Below the pieces are notes generated by a model, which saw only the letters and a list, made by a program, of their open reading frames with translations, did no database searches and was not told the origin of the DNA. A program made the position numbers and the translations under genes. Shown in pieces: positions 49,439 to 59,307 of a stretch of DNA of 64,000 nucleotides. Each line of letters opens with the position of its first letter. The first letter of the stretch is position 1. The stretch lies in the NCBI GenBank assembly GCA_028690155.1, contig JAQVBU010000011.1, forward strand, positions 12,370 to 76,369, written 5' to 3'. The DNA comes from Alphaproteobacteria bacterium. Its GTDB lineage: Bacteria; Pseudomonadota; Alphaproteobacteria; UBA9219.

Positions 49439-49517
49439 ACTGAAGGTTTTTTGGGGGGATGGGTACTCCCCTTGTGGCTTGGTTCTCTGAGGAAGCGCGA
49501 GGGATTTTTGACGAATT

Positions 49518-49895
49518 TTGGGAGGCGAATTTATAAACCGAGAAACATCTCCGATTGATTTCCGGCGCTTGGACTTAGTCGCTCAAACCGAAGACGAGCG
49601 AGGCTCGATTCTTGCCCTTTTTTTCGAAACGGCCGAGAGTATTCTTGACGAAATGCGCGCGGCCAATGATCGAGAATGTGACGTGGAATGGAAGGGGGCC
49701 GCCCACAGACTGCGCGGCGTTTCAGCAAACATCGGCACGAGGTCCTTAGAGACGCTTTGCTTCGAGGCGGAGAAACAGGCTTGTGCCGTGAAGGCGGTAC
49801 GAACAGCCTTGCTCCGGGAAATTATTTTGGAGCTTTCGGTAATTAAGGCCTTTCTTGCAGAAAAGGGTCTTTTTTCTCCCGATCGGGGGTGTTAG
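49518..49895 (+). CDS. Hpt histidine phosphotransfer protein
   Basis: AAHRLRGVSANIG...LCFEAE. Confidence 0.88.
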   Translation: MGGEFINRETSPIDFRRLDLVAQTEDERGSILALFFETAESILDEMRAANDRECDVEWKGAAHRLRGVSANIGTRSLETLCFEAEKQACAVKAVRTALLREIILELSVIKAFLAEKGLFSPDRGC

Positions 49896-49907
49896 ACCAT
49901 ATGTGCC

Positions 49908-51077
49908 ATGACCAATGAACTCTCACGGCAAATTCTCGATTCGCATATCGTTATTGTTGACGATATCGAGATCAATCGTCTTTTTCTCGAAAAGACGCTG
50001 CGCGCTTGCGGGTTCCATAATTTTCTTTGCCTTGCAAGCACGAAAGAGCTTCTTGTCAAGATTAAAGATTTTCAACCTGATCTTGTATTACTCGATATTT
50101 TGTTTCCGTCCGGCATGGACGGCTTCGATTGCTGCGAGGTCTTGAGGCGCGATGAATCTTACCGCGATCTTCCGATTCTGATCGAAACCTCGATTGTCGA
50201 GCCGGAACTTCGCGTCAAGGCCTTCAAGAAAGGCGCGACGGATTTTGTCAGTAAACCTATCGATCCCGCTGAATTGTGCGCGCGTGTGAACGTGCATCTG
50301 GAAAAACGGCATTCCTTGAAGGCGTTGCAGCTTTATAAAAGCCGCGTTGAGGCGGAGCTTGAGAACGCACGCCAGCTCCAAAGGGGGCTTTTGCCCGAAC
50401 CGGAGCAAATGAAAGAATGCGAACAGTGTTGTGGTTTGACGATCGACGCCGCTTTTTACCCTTCGTCCGAAATCGGCGGGGATCTTTGGGGCGTTCAGAC
50501 GATCTTTCCCTATCAGGTGGCTTTATGGCTTGTGGATTTCTCCGGCCACGGCATGGTGTCGGCTCTTAACGCTTTTCGGCTTCATGCCTATTTGAAGGAA
50601 CATGTTCCCGAGGCCGCTCGTCCCGGCGCGTACCTCTCCCAGTTGAACGACAAGCTGTTGAATGTGTTGCCTAGAGGCCAGTTTGCCTCGATGTTTTATG
50701 GGATTGTCGATACCCAAAGCAACCAACTCTTCTTTGCGCGGGCGTATATGACAAATCCGATTATTCTCCACAGCTCGACGGGCAAGGCCGAGAAACTTAA
50801 AGGCAGTGCCCCGCCTTTAGGCGTGGGTATGCATTTTTACTCGACACAGACCGTTCCTTTTTTATCCGGCGATGTCCTTGTTCTTTACAGCGACGCGCTG
50901 ATTGAAACGGCGAATGCCGCCGGTGTGTTTATGACGGAAGAGTATCTGATAACGCTTGTCGAAGAAAACGCTTCTGCATCCGTTTTTGAGCTCAAGGACA
51001 TTCTTTTTAAGAGCGTTAAAGAACACGCTGGGGATTTGATATGCGACGATCTGACCATTGTTGTTTGTGGGCGCTGA
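49908..51077 (+). CDS. Receiver-PP2C (SpoIIE/RsbU-type) phosphatase
   Basis: REC (IVIVDD, VLLDILFP); IGGDLW, DFSGHG, LYSDAL, DDLTIV. Confidence 0.92.
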   Translation: MTNELSRQILDSHIVIVDDIEINRLFLEKTLRACGFHNFLCLASTKELLVKIKDFQPDLVLLDILFPSGMDGFDCCEVLRRDESYRDLPILIETSIVEPELRVKAFKKGATDFVSKPIDPAELCARVNVHLEKRHSLKALQLYKSRVEAELENARQLQRGLLPEPEQMKECEQCCGLTIDAAFYPSSEIGGDLWGVQTIFPYQVALWLVDFSGHGMVSALNAFRLHAYLKEHVPEAARPGAYLSQLNDKLLNVLPRGQFASMFYGIVDTQSNQLFFARAYMTNPIILHSSTGKAEKLKGSAPPLGVGMHFYSTQTVPFLSGDVLVLYSDALIETANAAGVFMTEEYLITLVEENASASVFELKDILFKSVKEHAGDLICDDLTIVVCGR

Positions 51078-51080
51078 ATC

Positions 51081-51557
51081 ATGTTTGGCTCGGATGTTAA
51101 ACGTTTTACGCTTAGAACCCTGGACGAAGTTTGCGACGTTTCATCGGCGCTTGCCCGCTATTTTTCGGATTCCGGGAATATCCGAGTCGGCCTTTACGAA
51201 CTTCTTTTGAATGCCGTCGAACACGGAAATTTGGGGATTGGCTTTGACAGAAAGACGGCTCTTTTAAGAGAAGGGCGATGGGACGAAGAAATTAAGCGCC
51301 GCCTTCTTATGCCGGTTTTTTGTGATCGTTTTGTGACGGTCGATCTTGTTTGCGACGCGCTCGTCGCTCAGATCGCCATCGCCGATCAAGGGCGTGGTTT
51401 CTTTTGGCGTGGGCGCTTGCGGCGCTCTTTGGACGCCAGCAGGCCAAACGGGCGCGGTTTGATTATGGCAGAGCAGTGCGGATTTAATCGGATCGCCTAC
51501 AACCCTTTGGGAAACAAGGTTGTTTGTACAGGTGTTTGCCAAAACATCAAAGGCTAG
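51081..51557 (+). CDS. RsbW/SpoIIAB-like anti-sigma-factor Ser kinase
   Basis: ELLLNAVEHGN, IADQGRGF, GRGL, YNPLGNKV. Confidence 0.85.
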   Translation: MFGSDVKRFTLRTLDEVCDVSSALARYFSDSGNIRVGLYELLLNAVEHGNLGIGFDRKTALLREGRWDEEIKRRLLMPVFCDRFVTVDLVCDALVAQIAIADQGRGFFWRGRLRRSLDASRPNGRGLIMAEQCGFNRIAYNPLGNKVVCTGVCQNIKG

Positions 51558-52177
51558 GCCCCAAGCCGGTCGTTGGCGCGTTCCCAATTCAAAAGATTAT
51601 CCACGACGGCTGTGACGAAATCGGCGCGTCGATTTTGGTAATCAAGGTAGTAGGCGTGCTCCCATACATCGATGGTCAAAAGAGGAGTCCCCCCATCCGT
51701 GATGGGCGTTTCCGCGTTGCCTGTTTTCTGAATGGAAAGCGCACCGTCTTTCGCAACCAACCAAGCCCAGCCGCTGCCGAACTGTGATGTCGCGGCGGCG
51801 ATAAAATCTGTTCTGAATTTATCGTATCCGCCAAGATCCCGATCAATCAGGGAGGCCAATTTTGCCGAAGGCCTTCCGCCGCCTGGGGTCAGGCTTTCCC
51901 AAAAGAAAGTATGGTTCCATGCTTGAGCGGCGTTGTTGAACAGCGTCGTCTTATCCGGTTGGCCGGAGGTTTTTTGCACGATATCGATCAGGGAAAGCGT
52001 GGCGTAACCGGTACCCTCGATAAGACGATTAACGTTATCCACATAGGTCTTGTGGTGCTTTCCGTAATGAATATCTACGGTTTTTTTCGATATGACGGGA
52101 GCCAAGGCATCCGGCGCATAAGGAAGAGAAGGAAGGGTGATCGGCATAGCCATGACAGACTCCTTTGACTGTTTCAT
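51554..52177 (-). CDS. sodB: Fe superoxide dismutase
   Basis: HYGKHH, NNAAQAWNH (Fe-type Gln), FGSGWAW, NAETP, DVWEHAYY. Confidence 0.95.
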   Translation of the reverse strand: MKQSKESVMAMPITLPSLPYAPDALAPVISKKTVDIHYGKHHKTYVDNVNRLIEGTGYATLSLIDIVQKTSGQPDKTTLFNNAAQAWNHTFFWESLTPGGGRPSAKLASLIDRDLGGYDKFRTDFIAAATSQFGSGWAWLVAKDGALSIQKTGNAETPITDGGTPLLTIDVWEHAYYLDYQNRRADFVTAVVDNLLNWERANDRLGA

Positions 52178-52267
52178 GAATGCGCTTTAACAAACCCATT
52201 CTAAACCGGAAAGAGGGCGTTCGTCACTTTTTATGACATTTGTATGAGAAGGCGTAATTTTTTGGCT

Positions 52268-52999
52268 CTAACTTACCGTTGCAACAACAGACAAGAACTG
52301 GGCCAATCTTTCGGTTTGGGGCGCGCGAAGGATTGACGCCGTTCCGCTTTCTTCAATTCTTCCGTCTGCCATAAAGAAAACGCGGTCGGCGGTATGTCGC
52401 GCAAAGCTCAGAAGATGCGTAATGATAAAAATCCCGATGTTTTGTCCTCGCAGAGATTTCAGATAAGAAAGAAGCTTTGCAATTTGTTCAACATCCAACG
52501 ACGACGTGATTTCATCCAAAAGCAGGTAATGCGGCTCAAGAATTAACGCGCGCGCTAAGGCAACGCGTTGACGTTGCCCTAACGAGGCTTCGTTGGGATA
52601 TTTGTCGATGAAGCCTTGCATATCGAAGGCATGGATCAGAGCCTCAAGTTTGTCCGGGATGGTCGGATCTTTTCTGTGTTTTGTGGGGAGAAGAATGTTC
52701 TCTCGCAACGTCAGGTGCGGCCAAAGAAACAGTTGTTGGAAGACAACGGTGACTTTGGGCCACGGGGGCGTGAAGGTCTTTTGGGATTCGAGGGGATAGA
52801 CAAGGCGTTCGTCATCGATACAAATTTCACCTTGTTGAGGATTTTCCAGAAGAGCCATGCACCGCAGAAGGGTTGTCTTACCCGCGCCGCTCGGTCCGAT
52901 AAGAACGGTAAGCTCGCCCGGAGAAACCGTAAGGCTGATATCCTTAAGAAGCGGGGCCTTCTGGTCGTAGGAAAAGGAAAGATGACGGATGTCCAGCAT
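52268..52999 (-). CDS. Polar amino-acid ABC transporter ATP-binding protein (degenerate signature)
   Basis: GPSGAGKT, VFQQ, LLLDE, ITH; signature reads ASLGQ instead of LSGGQ. Confidence 0.88.
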   Translation of the reverse strand: MLDIRHLSFSYDQKAPLLKDISLTVSPGELTVLIGPSGAGKTTLLRCMALLENPQQGEICIDDERLVYPLESQKTFTPPWPKVTVVFQQLFLWPHLTLRENILLPTKHRKDPTIPDKLEALIHAFDMQGFIDKYPNEASLGQRQRVALARALILEPHYLLLDEITSSLDVEQIAKLLSYLKSLRGQNIGIFIITHLLSFARHTADRVFFMADGRIEESGTASILRAPQTERLAQFLSVVATVS

Positions 53000-53002
53000 G
53001 CT

Positions 53003-53668
53003 CTACCGCTCCGAGAGATTGCGCGTATAGCGTTTTTTCAAATAGACGGCCGTGAGATTGATGGGCAGGCAGACCATCAGGAAAAACAGCGCCAGCGCCG
53101 TATAGATTTCGACCGGACGGTAGATAAGGCTGTTGATGCGTTGGGACACGCGGAAAAGTTCGTCGACCGAAATAAGGCTCGCGAATAGCGTCACGTGCAG
53201 CATCATGACCTGTTGCATCATAACGCTTGGAAGAAGCTGACGGAACAAAAGGGGCAGTTGAATATGTCCTACGATGTCGCGGTGGCGCATGCCGCAAACT
53301 TGTCCGGCTAGGCTATATTGCTGGGGAAAATCGCAAATGGCGTTACGGACAAGTTCGGCGATGCCGAAAAGGTTTACGAGCGAGAATGTCAGCGCAGCGG
53401 TATAGAAGGGATCAATAACGACGTTGAAAAGAGCTTGAGCCGGATAATGCAGCCAAAACAGGACGACGAGTGTTGGAATGGCTGAGAAAGAGAAAGCCAT
53501 GAGCCGAGTCAGACGCCCCCAACTGGACGGAAAATTAGCGCCGAGAACCCCAAGAACGATTCCGCCGGCAATTCCTGAGGTCCAAATAATCAGGCAAAGC
53601 TTCAACGTCACCCCAAGCCCCTGAAGAAAGGCTTGGTGGTAGGCGATCAGGATGCTGAAAACGGACAT
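53003..53668 (-). CDS. Polar amino-acid ABC transporter permease
   Basis: GLGVTL, IPTLVVLF, EAA-like loop AGQVCGM, TLFASLISVDEL. Confidence 0.85.
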   Translation of the reverse strand: MSVFSILIAYHQAFLQGLGVTLKLCLIIWTSGIAGGIVLGVLGANFPSSWGRLTRLMAFSFSAIPTLVVLFWLHYPAQALFNVVIDPFYTAALTFSLVNLFGIAELVRNAICDFPQQYSLAGQVCGMRHRDIVGHIQLPLLFRQLLPSVMMQQVMMLHVTLFASLISVDELFRVSQRINSLIYRPVEIYTALALFFLMVCLPINLTAVYLKKRYTRNLSER

Positions 53669-53802
53669 GGCTTAGAGCGGGGACCTTTAAGGGGTTCGTT
53701 GCACAAAGACCTTGGGGCCGACTTATTGCGCCTTTAAAATTAAGGTGCCCAAAGCTTAGACAGCGTAAGATAAAGCGTCAAGGGGCTGTCCGATAAAGAT
53801 AG

Positions 53803-54441
53803 TTAGCGGTTTTTTGAGAAACTCGGGGGGATAAAGACGAAAGTCGATGGCGCAAAATGGTCCGGTTCCGTTTTATGTTCCAAGCTCACACCGGTTACAT
53901 GGCCTTGCGGATCGACGACCCGCCATTGTCGAAGTTCAAGAGGATTTTTGCTGAAAATAAGGGTTAACGAACCCATGCCCGGATCGTTGGTTTGGACAAG
54001 GGTGATCTCGATCTTTTGGGGGAAACGGTCGATTTTTGTGACCGTAACGTCCCCACTGAGGCTTACGGGAGCGCGCAGGATAAAGTGGGCGAGAGAAGAT
54101 TCCTGATCGACGTTCGTTTGAGCTTGCAAAGCGTCGTCCCAGATATGAACGAAATTTCCATCGGCGATAATAAAATCCTTACTTGGCGGGGCGTATGTGA
54201 CGCGCATCTTGCCCGGTCGTTGAATATCGATCGTGCCGTTCATGACGCCGCCGGCATCGTCGATTTGGATGAAATCGGCGTGCAGGTTCCGAATGGCGTT
54301 AAGGGCGTCCTCGATTTGTGCCGTATCTTTCAAATCTTGCGCGGACAAGAACGTTTCGGCACGGCCAGATGTGGCGGTCGCTAGAAAAAGGCACCCAAGA
54401 AGGGACCAGAGGACGGCGATTCTTTTCATAAGGCGCAGCAT
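53803..54441 (-). CDS. lolA: Outer-membrane lipoprotein carrier LolA
   Basis: Signal peptide; ADFIQ...G...IQRPGKMRVTY; LRQWRVVDPQG. Confidence 0.88.
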   Translation of the reverse strand: MLRLMKRIAVLWSLLGCLFLATATSGRAETFLSAQDLKDTAQIEDALNAIRNLHADFIQIDDAGGVMNGTIDIQRPGKMRVTYAPPSKDFIIADGNFVHIWDDALQAQTNVDQESSLAHFILRAPVSLSGDVTVTKIDRFPQKIEITLVQTNDPGMGSLTLIFSKNPLELRQWRVVDPQGHVTGVSLEHKTEPDHFAPSTFVFIPPSFSKNR

Positions 54442-54480
54442 GGAAAAAACCGCGCCTAAAATAAAGAGGAAAAATGACGA

Positions 54481-55686
54481 TCAGAGCACGGGTTCCGGAT
54501 TGCGTTTGATCGTTCTTTCTGGCGGAAAGACAAGAGAGACGGTCGTCCCGGCGTTCACCGTGCTTTTCAGCTCGAGCGTGCCGCCGTGAAGCTCGACCAA
54601 CGCCTTGGTCAGCGGCAAGCCCAATCCCGTACCCTGATGTTTGCGGCTCAGGGCGCTTTCGATTTGCCCGAAGGGTTCCATGACGAGGGCAAGATTTTCA
54701 GGGGCAATGCCGATGCCGTTATCGACGACGTTGATCATGATGCGATCGTTTTCGTCAATCAGCGCCGACAGCGTTACGCTTCCGCCTTCGTTCGTGAATT
54801 TGACGGCATTGGTCATCAGATTAGTCAGGATTTGTTTCATCGCTTTTTCCTCTCCCATCAGGAGAGGAAAATTGCGCGGAACGTGGAAATTAAGATGAAC
54901 CTTGCTTGCTTTGGCGCGCGCGGCGACAAGCCGCGAGACCGATGTCGCGATCTGGTCGATGTCCAGTTGTGTTTCTTGAAGCTGGCGTTTGCCCGCTTCG
55001 ATCTTGGACATATCCAAAATGTCGTTGATCAGGGAAAGAAGAAGCTGGCCGCTGTCGTAAATATCCTTGGCGTACTCGACGTATTGAGGCTGTCCAGCAT
55101 TGCCGAACATCTGGTCTTTGATGATTTCGGCGAATCCGATGATGGCATTTAGCGGCGTGCGGAGCTCGTGGCTCATGTTGGCAAGGAATTCCGATTTGCT
55201 TCGATTGGCAAAGTCCGCTTCCTCCTTGGCGTGCGCGGCAGCCATTTCGGCTTTGCGGCGTTCGGTGACGTCGTAAAGTGTGCATTCGAATTCCATGGAG
55301 CCGGGATGTTCAAGCGAGCTATGCCCGCTTAGGCTGACCCACAGGATATGGCCGTCCTTGGTGTATACGGCGCATTCTTCCGAATGGCGCTGTTTTTCTT
55401 TTACCCCCTTGATCCAGGACAGGCGCTGGGTGGGATCGACGAACAGTTTGCCTCGACGGTCGGGCTGCGCGTTCAGCAAGTCTTCCGGATTGTCATAGTG
55501 CAAGATCGTTGATGCCGTGGCGTTGGCGCTTGTCCACGTTCCGTCGGCGTCGATATGAAAGATGCCGATATCCGCGTTTTCAAAAACCGCACGGTACTTG
55601 TGCATGCATTCGCGCAATGCGGCCACAAGTTCGTCATGGGACAGGGTAGAAGGATCGGCAAACATGATGTGAGAAGGGTCGCTCAA
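54481..55686 (-). CDS. PAS histidine kinase of the PleC/DivJ (PdhS) family
   Basis: PAS; ANRSKSEFLANMSHELRTPLNAIIGFAEII; NAVKFT..GG, DNGIGI, GTGLGL. Confidence 0.9.
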   Translation of the reverse strand: MSDPSHIMFADPSTLSHDELVAALRECMHKYRAVFENADIGIFHIDADGTWTSANATASTILHYDNPEDLLNAQPDRRGKLFVDPTQRLSWIKGVKEKQRHSEECAVYTKDGHILWVSLSGHSSLEHPGSMEFECTLYDVTERRKAEMAAAHAKEEADFANRSKSEFLANMSHELRTPLNAIIGFAEIIKDQMFGNAGQPQYVEYAKDIYDSGQLLLSLINDILDMSKIEAGKRQLQETQLDIDQIATSVSRLVAARAKASKVHLNFHVPRNFPLLMGEEKAMKQILTNLMTNAVKFTNEGGSVTLSALIDENDRIMINVVDNGIGIAPENLALVMEPFGQIESALSRKHQGTGLGLPLTKALVELHGGTLELKSTVNAGTTVSLVFPPERTIKRNPEPVL

Positions 55687-55691
55687 AACCC

Positions 55692-55706
55692 CTAATATAC
55701 GGTTAA
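55692..55706. promoter_or_regulatory. CtrA-like box immediately upstream of the PleC/DivJ-family kinase
   Basis: CTAA TATACGG TTAA (reverse strand TTAA-N7-TTAG). Confidence 0.45.
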
Positions 55707-55717
55707 GTCTCGTAAAA

Positions 55718-56476
55718 TTATGTCCATCCGTGCAGATAAAGAATATCGAAAGAAGCGGGGATAAGGCCGTCGGCGTTGCTGAAGCGTTCTTGATACAATT
55801 GGGCGGCTTTTATGAAAATGCTACGCCGGGTAAGGTGTCGAATCCGATCAAAACGAGCGTTTGTTTGTCCCGTGGCGCGCAGATCGTGCATCAAGGCGAC
55901 CATGTCGGGATAAAGAAGCGTTACGGTTTCAATGTCGGCAACGGGCAGACGAAACCCCGCCTTCTGCATAAGATTTCCGGCGGTTCTAAGATCGACGCGC
56001 GGCGAGAAGCGCGGGCTGGCTCCTTTTGTTTCGGCGATTTCGGCATCGAGCAGGCACGATCTTAATTCCGTAAGGCTGTCGCCCCCGATCAGTGAAGCGA
56101 GGAATAATCCGTCTTTTTTCAACATCGCGCGTAATCGGAGCAACAGGCCAGGAAGATCGTTAACCCAATGAAGCCCAAGGTTGCTTACGATAAGATCGAC
56201 CTTTTCTTCTTCGGAAGGGAAAGGCTCTTCGTCGGGAAGCGTTGGAGGCGTTCTGACCGCAAGGGCGTTGCTCGAGCGGCGTTCGAGGAAGGGGAAGGGG
56301 CTGAGATCAAGCGCGGCATGAAAAGGATGCGTAATCTCATCCAACCGTTCCATAAGCTGCGAGGCGACATCGTCAAACAGGCCTTCTCCATTTGTCGTTC
56401 CGCGTTGTCGCGCGCGCAAAAGGCGTTGCCGGACAAGGGCGCCGTCAAAAACGGCCGAAGGCGACGAAGCGGTCAT
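55718..56476 (-). CDS. SAM-dependent methyltransferase (BioC/NDUFAF5-like)
   Basis: VFD..LVRQR, DLIVSNLGLHWVNDLPG, LKKDGLFL, PRFSP, AGFRLPVAD, LMHDLRATG. Confidence 0.85.
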   Translation of the reverse strand: MTASSPSAVFDGALVRQRLLRARQRGTTNGEGLFDDVASQLMERLDEITHPFHAALDLSPFPFLERRSSNALAVRTPPTLPDEEPFPSEEEKVDLIVSNLGLHWVNDLPGLLLRLRAMLKKDGLFLASLIGGDSLTELRSCLLDAEIAETKGASPRFSPRVDLRTAGNLMQKAGFRLPVADIETVTLLYPDMVALMHDLRATGQTNARFDRIRHLTRRSIFIKAAQLYQERFSNADGLIPASFDILYLHGWT

Positions 56477-57852
56477 TCGATCCCGTCGACGACGACGATG
56501 TTCCGCCCTTTCTGCTTGGCGCGCAAAAGGGCGCCGTCCGCGCGGGAAAAAAGCTTGTTCGGTTCGTCTTGGCGTTTCGGATTCATTTCGGCAACCCCGA
56601 TGCTGATCGTGATGGGGACGCTTAACGTGTTGTCGACAGGCACGGATTCCTCGGCGATGCGTTGGCGAATACGCTCGGCGATTTTGGCGGCGTTTTGAAG
56701 TTCGGTTTCCGGCATGACGATGGCGAACTCTTCGCCGCCCATGCGCACAAAAAAGTCGGTCGGACGGATGTTGTTCGATATCCGATGCGCAATTTCCTTA
56801 AGGATGGCGTCACCGGCCGGATGCCCGTGCTGGTCGTTAACGCGCTTGAAAAAGTCGATATCGATCATTTGGACCGAAAGAGACTTTTTTTCGTCTTGAG
56901 CATGCTTTAAAAAGCGGGGCAGATGCGCATCGAGATAACGGCGGTTAAACGCGCCGGTCAGCGGATCGATCAGCGCGAGCATGAGGTTGTGCTCGAGCCC
57001 GCTGCGCAGCCGATCGTAATTGCGCTTGTGCCGAAGCTGGGTTCGCGCGCGGGCGAAAAGCTCATGCGTGTCGAGAGGACGGATCAAATAATCGTTGGCG
57101 CCGAGATCCAATCCTTTGGCGACGCGTTCGATATCGTCGGGGTTGGCCAGAAGAAGGATGGGAATGTGCCGCGTCGACGGATTGGATCGCAAGCACGGGC
57201 ATATTGTCAGGCCGTCTTCCTTGGCCAAGTCAAGCTTGGAGAAAACGAGGTCAAAAAAGCCGTCGGAGACAAGAGCTTCGGCTTGGGCGATGCTGCCGAT
57301 TTCCTCAATGTGCGCAGACAGGGGCGCCAAGGCTTCACGGATAAAAACACTGTCGCTTTTATCGTCGTCGATGATCAGAATACGACAATTTCTGACGTTG
57401 AGCGGGTCCGAGATTTCTTCGGCGGAATCGGGCGATAATTTCAGCGCTGTCGATTCCCGCGCGCGCCATTCGTCCATCAGAATTTTCATGCGCAAAAGAG
57501 AGCGAACGCGTGCCATCAACGCAAGGTCGTTGATGGGTTTACCCAAAAAATCGTCCGCGCCGGCAGCCAAGCCGCGCACGCGGTCCGCAACGTCCGATAG
57601 GGCCGTGATCATAATAACCGGGATATGCGCCGTTTCCGGGTTCGCCTTAATGCGGCGGCATGTTTCAAAGCCGTCCATTTCAGGCATCATGACGTCGAGC
57701 AGGACGATATCCGGTTTTTCCTCGTCAATTTTTTTGAGCGCTTCGACGCCGTTCTCGGCCGTCGAGATAACGTAATAATCGCGGGCCAGCTTGGCTTCGA
57801 GAAGTCGGATGTTGACCGGGGTATCATCGACGATAAGAACGCGAGCCGACAT
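56473..57852 (-). CDS. pleD: PleD response regulator diguanylate cyclase
   Basis: MSARVLIVDD, REC-REC' tandem, DPLTG, DIDFFK, I-site RPTD, GGEEF. Confidence 0.96.
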   Translation of the reverse strand: MSARVLIVDDTPVNIRLLEAKLARDYYVISTAENGVEALKKIDEEKPDIVLLDVMMPEMDGFETCRRIKANPETAHIPVIMITALSDVADRVRGLAAGADDFLGKPINDLALMARVRSLLRMKILMDEWRARESTALKLSPDSAEEISDPLNVRNCRILIIDDDKSDSVFIREALAPLSAHIEEIGSIAQAEALVSDGFFDLVFSKLDLAKEDGLTICPCLRSNPSTRHIPILLLANPDDIERVAKGLDLGANDYLIRPLDTHELFARARTQLRHKRNYDRLRSGLEHNLMLALIDPLTGAFNRRYLDAHLPRFLKHAQDEKKSLSVQMIDIDFFKRVNDQHGHPAGDAILKEIAHRISNNIRPTDFFVRMGGEEFAIVMPETELQNAAKIAERIRQRIAEESVPVDNTLSVPITISIGVAEMNPKRQDEPNKLFSRADGALLRAKQKGRNIVVVDGIE

Positions 57853-57886
57853 GGTATGAAGAACTTCCTCCTGAAAAAGCCGAAGG

Positions 57887-58276
57887 TTAAATATACTTTT
57901 TAACCGTGGCAATGAATTGATGAACCGCGATCGGTTTCGACAAATAATCGTCGCATCCACCAGCGCGAATTTTTTCTTCATCGCCGCGCATGGCGAAAGC
58001 CGTGACGGCAATGACGGGAATATGCTTCAACGCGTCGTCCGCCTTCAACCACCCCGTGATTTCAATGCCCGAGATTTCGGGAAGTTGGATGTCCATGAGG
58101 ATAAGATCCGGGTGGTTCGTTCGCACAAGATCCAAAACCTGAAATCCGTCGCGCGTGTGTAAGGTGGCATAGCCATGCGCTTCCAAAAGATCCTTGAAGA
58201 GCTTAAGGTTCAGGTCGTTGTCTTCGACGATCAACACGAGCTTTTTTCGATGCATATCTTCGTAAGTCATGGGCAA
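57887..58276 (-). CDS. divK: Single-domain response regulator DivK
   Basis: [47 protein letters not shown]; upstream of pleD. Confidence 0.93.
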   Translation of the reverse strand: MPMTYEDMHRKKLVLIVEDNDLNLKLFKDLLEAHGYATLHTRDGFQVLDLVRTNHPDLILMDIQLPEISGIEITGWLKADDALKHIPVIAVTAFAMRGDEEKIRAGGCDDYLSKPIAVHQFIATVKKYI

Positions 58277-59109
58277 CTCTTGGGTTTCAGCGCCTGAAGA
58301 TTCTCCAAGGATCCGGCGATGGAAAAATCGCCGTAATCGATTTTCATGCTGCGGGCAATTCCGTTAGGAAGAAGAAAAAGGTCCATTTCATAATCCGGCT
58401 CGCTCGTTTCCGAGTCCAGCCCAAAAAAGGCTAGATGGACGGGCCAGGGCGTTTCTTTGAGAAGGGCGTTCTTTTTCATCGTTTCGCTAAGAACCGGTCC
58501 CTTTTGTACGGCGCGAAGAGGCAAAATGAATGCGCTTATGTCGCTGGAACCCGCCGTATCCGATCCGTCAAAGACCTGGGACGAGAAAAACTTTTTTCCT
58601 TGCGCGGCTTGATTCAGCACAAAGCTTGTGTGTGCGAGTGGAAAAAGCGTTTTAGGGGGTAAAATTTTGGTTTGTCCGGAAGGCAGGGTATAGGAAACCG
58701 AAATGGATCCGTCCGGATTTTTAACCGCCTTGCCGCGATAGGCTTCGGTTTCTTGGCCGTTGGCGAGGCGACGAACATTAAAGCTGTAGCGCTTTCCGTC
58801 TTTGGATTCCCACGTTAGTTCGGAGCTGGAAAGCTCCTGATTTTCGCCGTCAGCATAGTTGAAAAGAAGCGTTATTCGTTGCTCCACGGCCCAACCATCG
58901 CACAAGTCGTTCCACTCGAAGGTCATATCGCCGGAAACGTTCGATACGCTGCTTCCGTTTTTTACGGAATCCATTTTCATCCTGTAAACGGCGCGATGGG
59001 GGACGAAGGCCCGCAAGGAAGAGGCTGACCCCAAACCAACGGCTTCTGCCGGACGAGCGAAGAACGGAACAAAAAACGCCAGCAGGGCTATGGAGAAGAG
59101 GTAACGCAC
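58267..59109 (-). CDS. eipB: EipB/DUF1849 cell envelope integrity protein
   Basis: Signal peptide from GTG 59109; PHRAVY, CDGW, WESKDG, LFP..H, VFDGS, NGI...M.IDYGDF. Confidence 0.85.
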   Translation of the reverse strand: MRYLFSIALLAFFVPFFARPAEAVGLGSASSLRAFVPHRAVYRMKMDSVKNGSSVSNVSGDMTFEWNDLCDGWAVEQRITLLFNYADGENQELSSSELTWESKDGKRYSFNVRRLANGQETEAYRGKAVKNPDGSISVSYTLPSGQTKILPPKTLFPLAHTSFVLNQAAQGKKFFSSQVFDGSDTAGSSDISAFILPLRAVQKGPVLSETMKKNALLKETPWPVHLAFFGLDSETSEPDYEMDLFLLPNGIARSMKIDYGDFSIAGSLENLQALKPKSCP

Positions 59110-59307
59110 AAAAATTTCCCTGAAGGGACAACAACGAGATGATGCCTTGAATAGCTCCAAGACTCTTAACATATTATCAATAATTAGAACAGGTGCGTGC
59201 GCGGCAAGGTCTTCTTTTTAAGGCGTAAAGGAGAAAACTTTGTAATCTGTTGTAAACTCGGTTAAATAGGCCGAATTCTTAAAAAGGTTCTGAAGGAACT
59301 GAAGATT

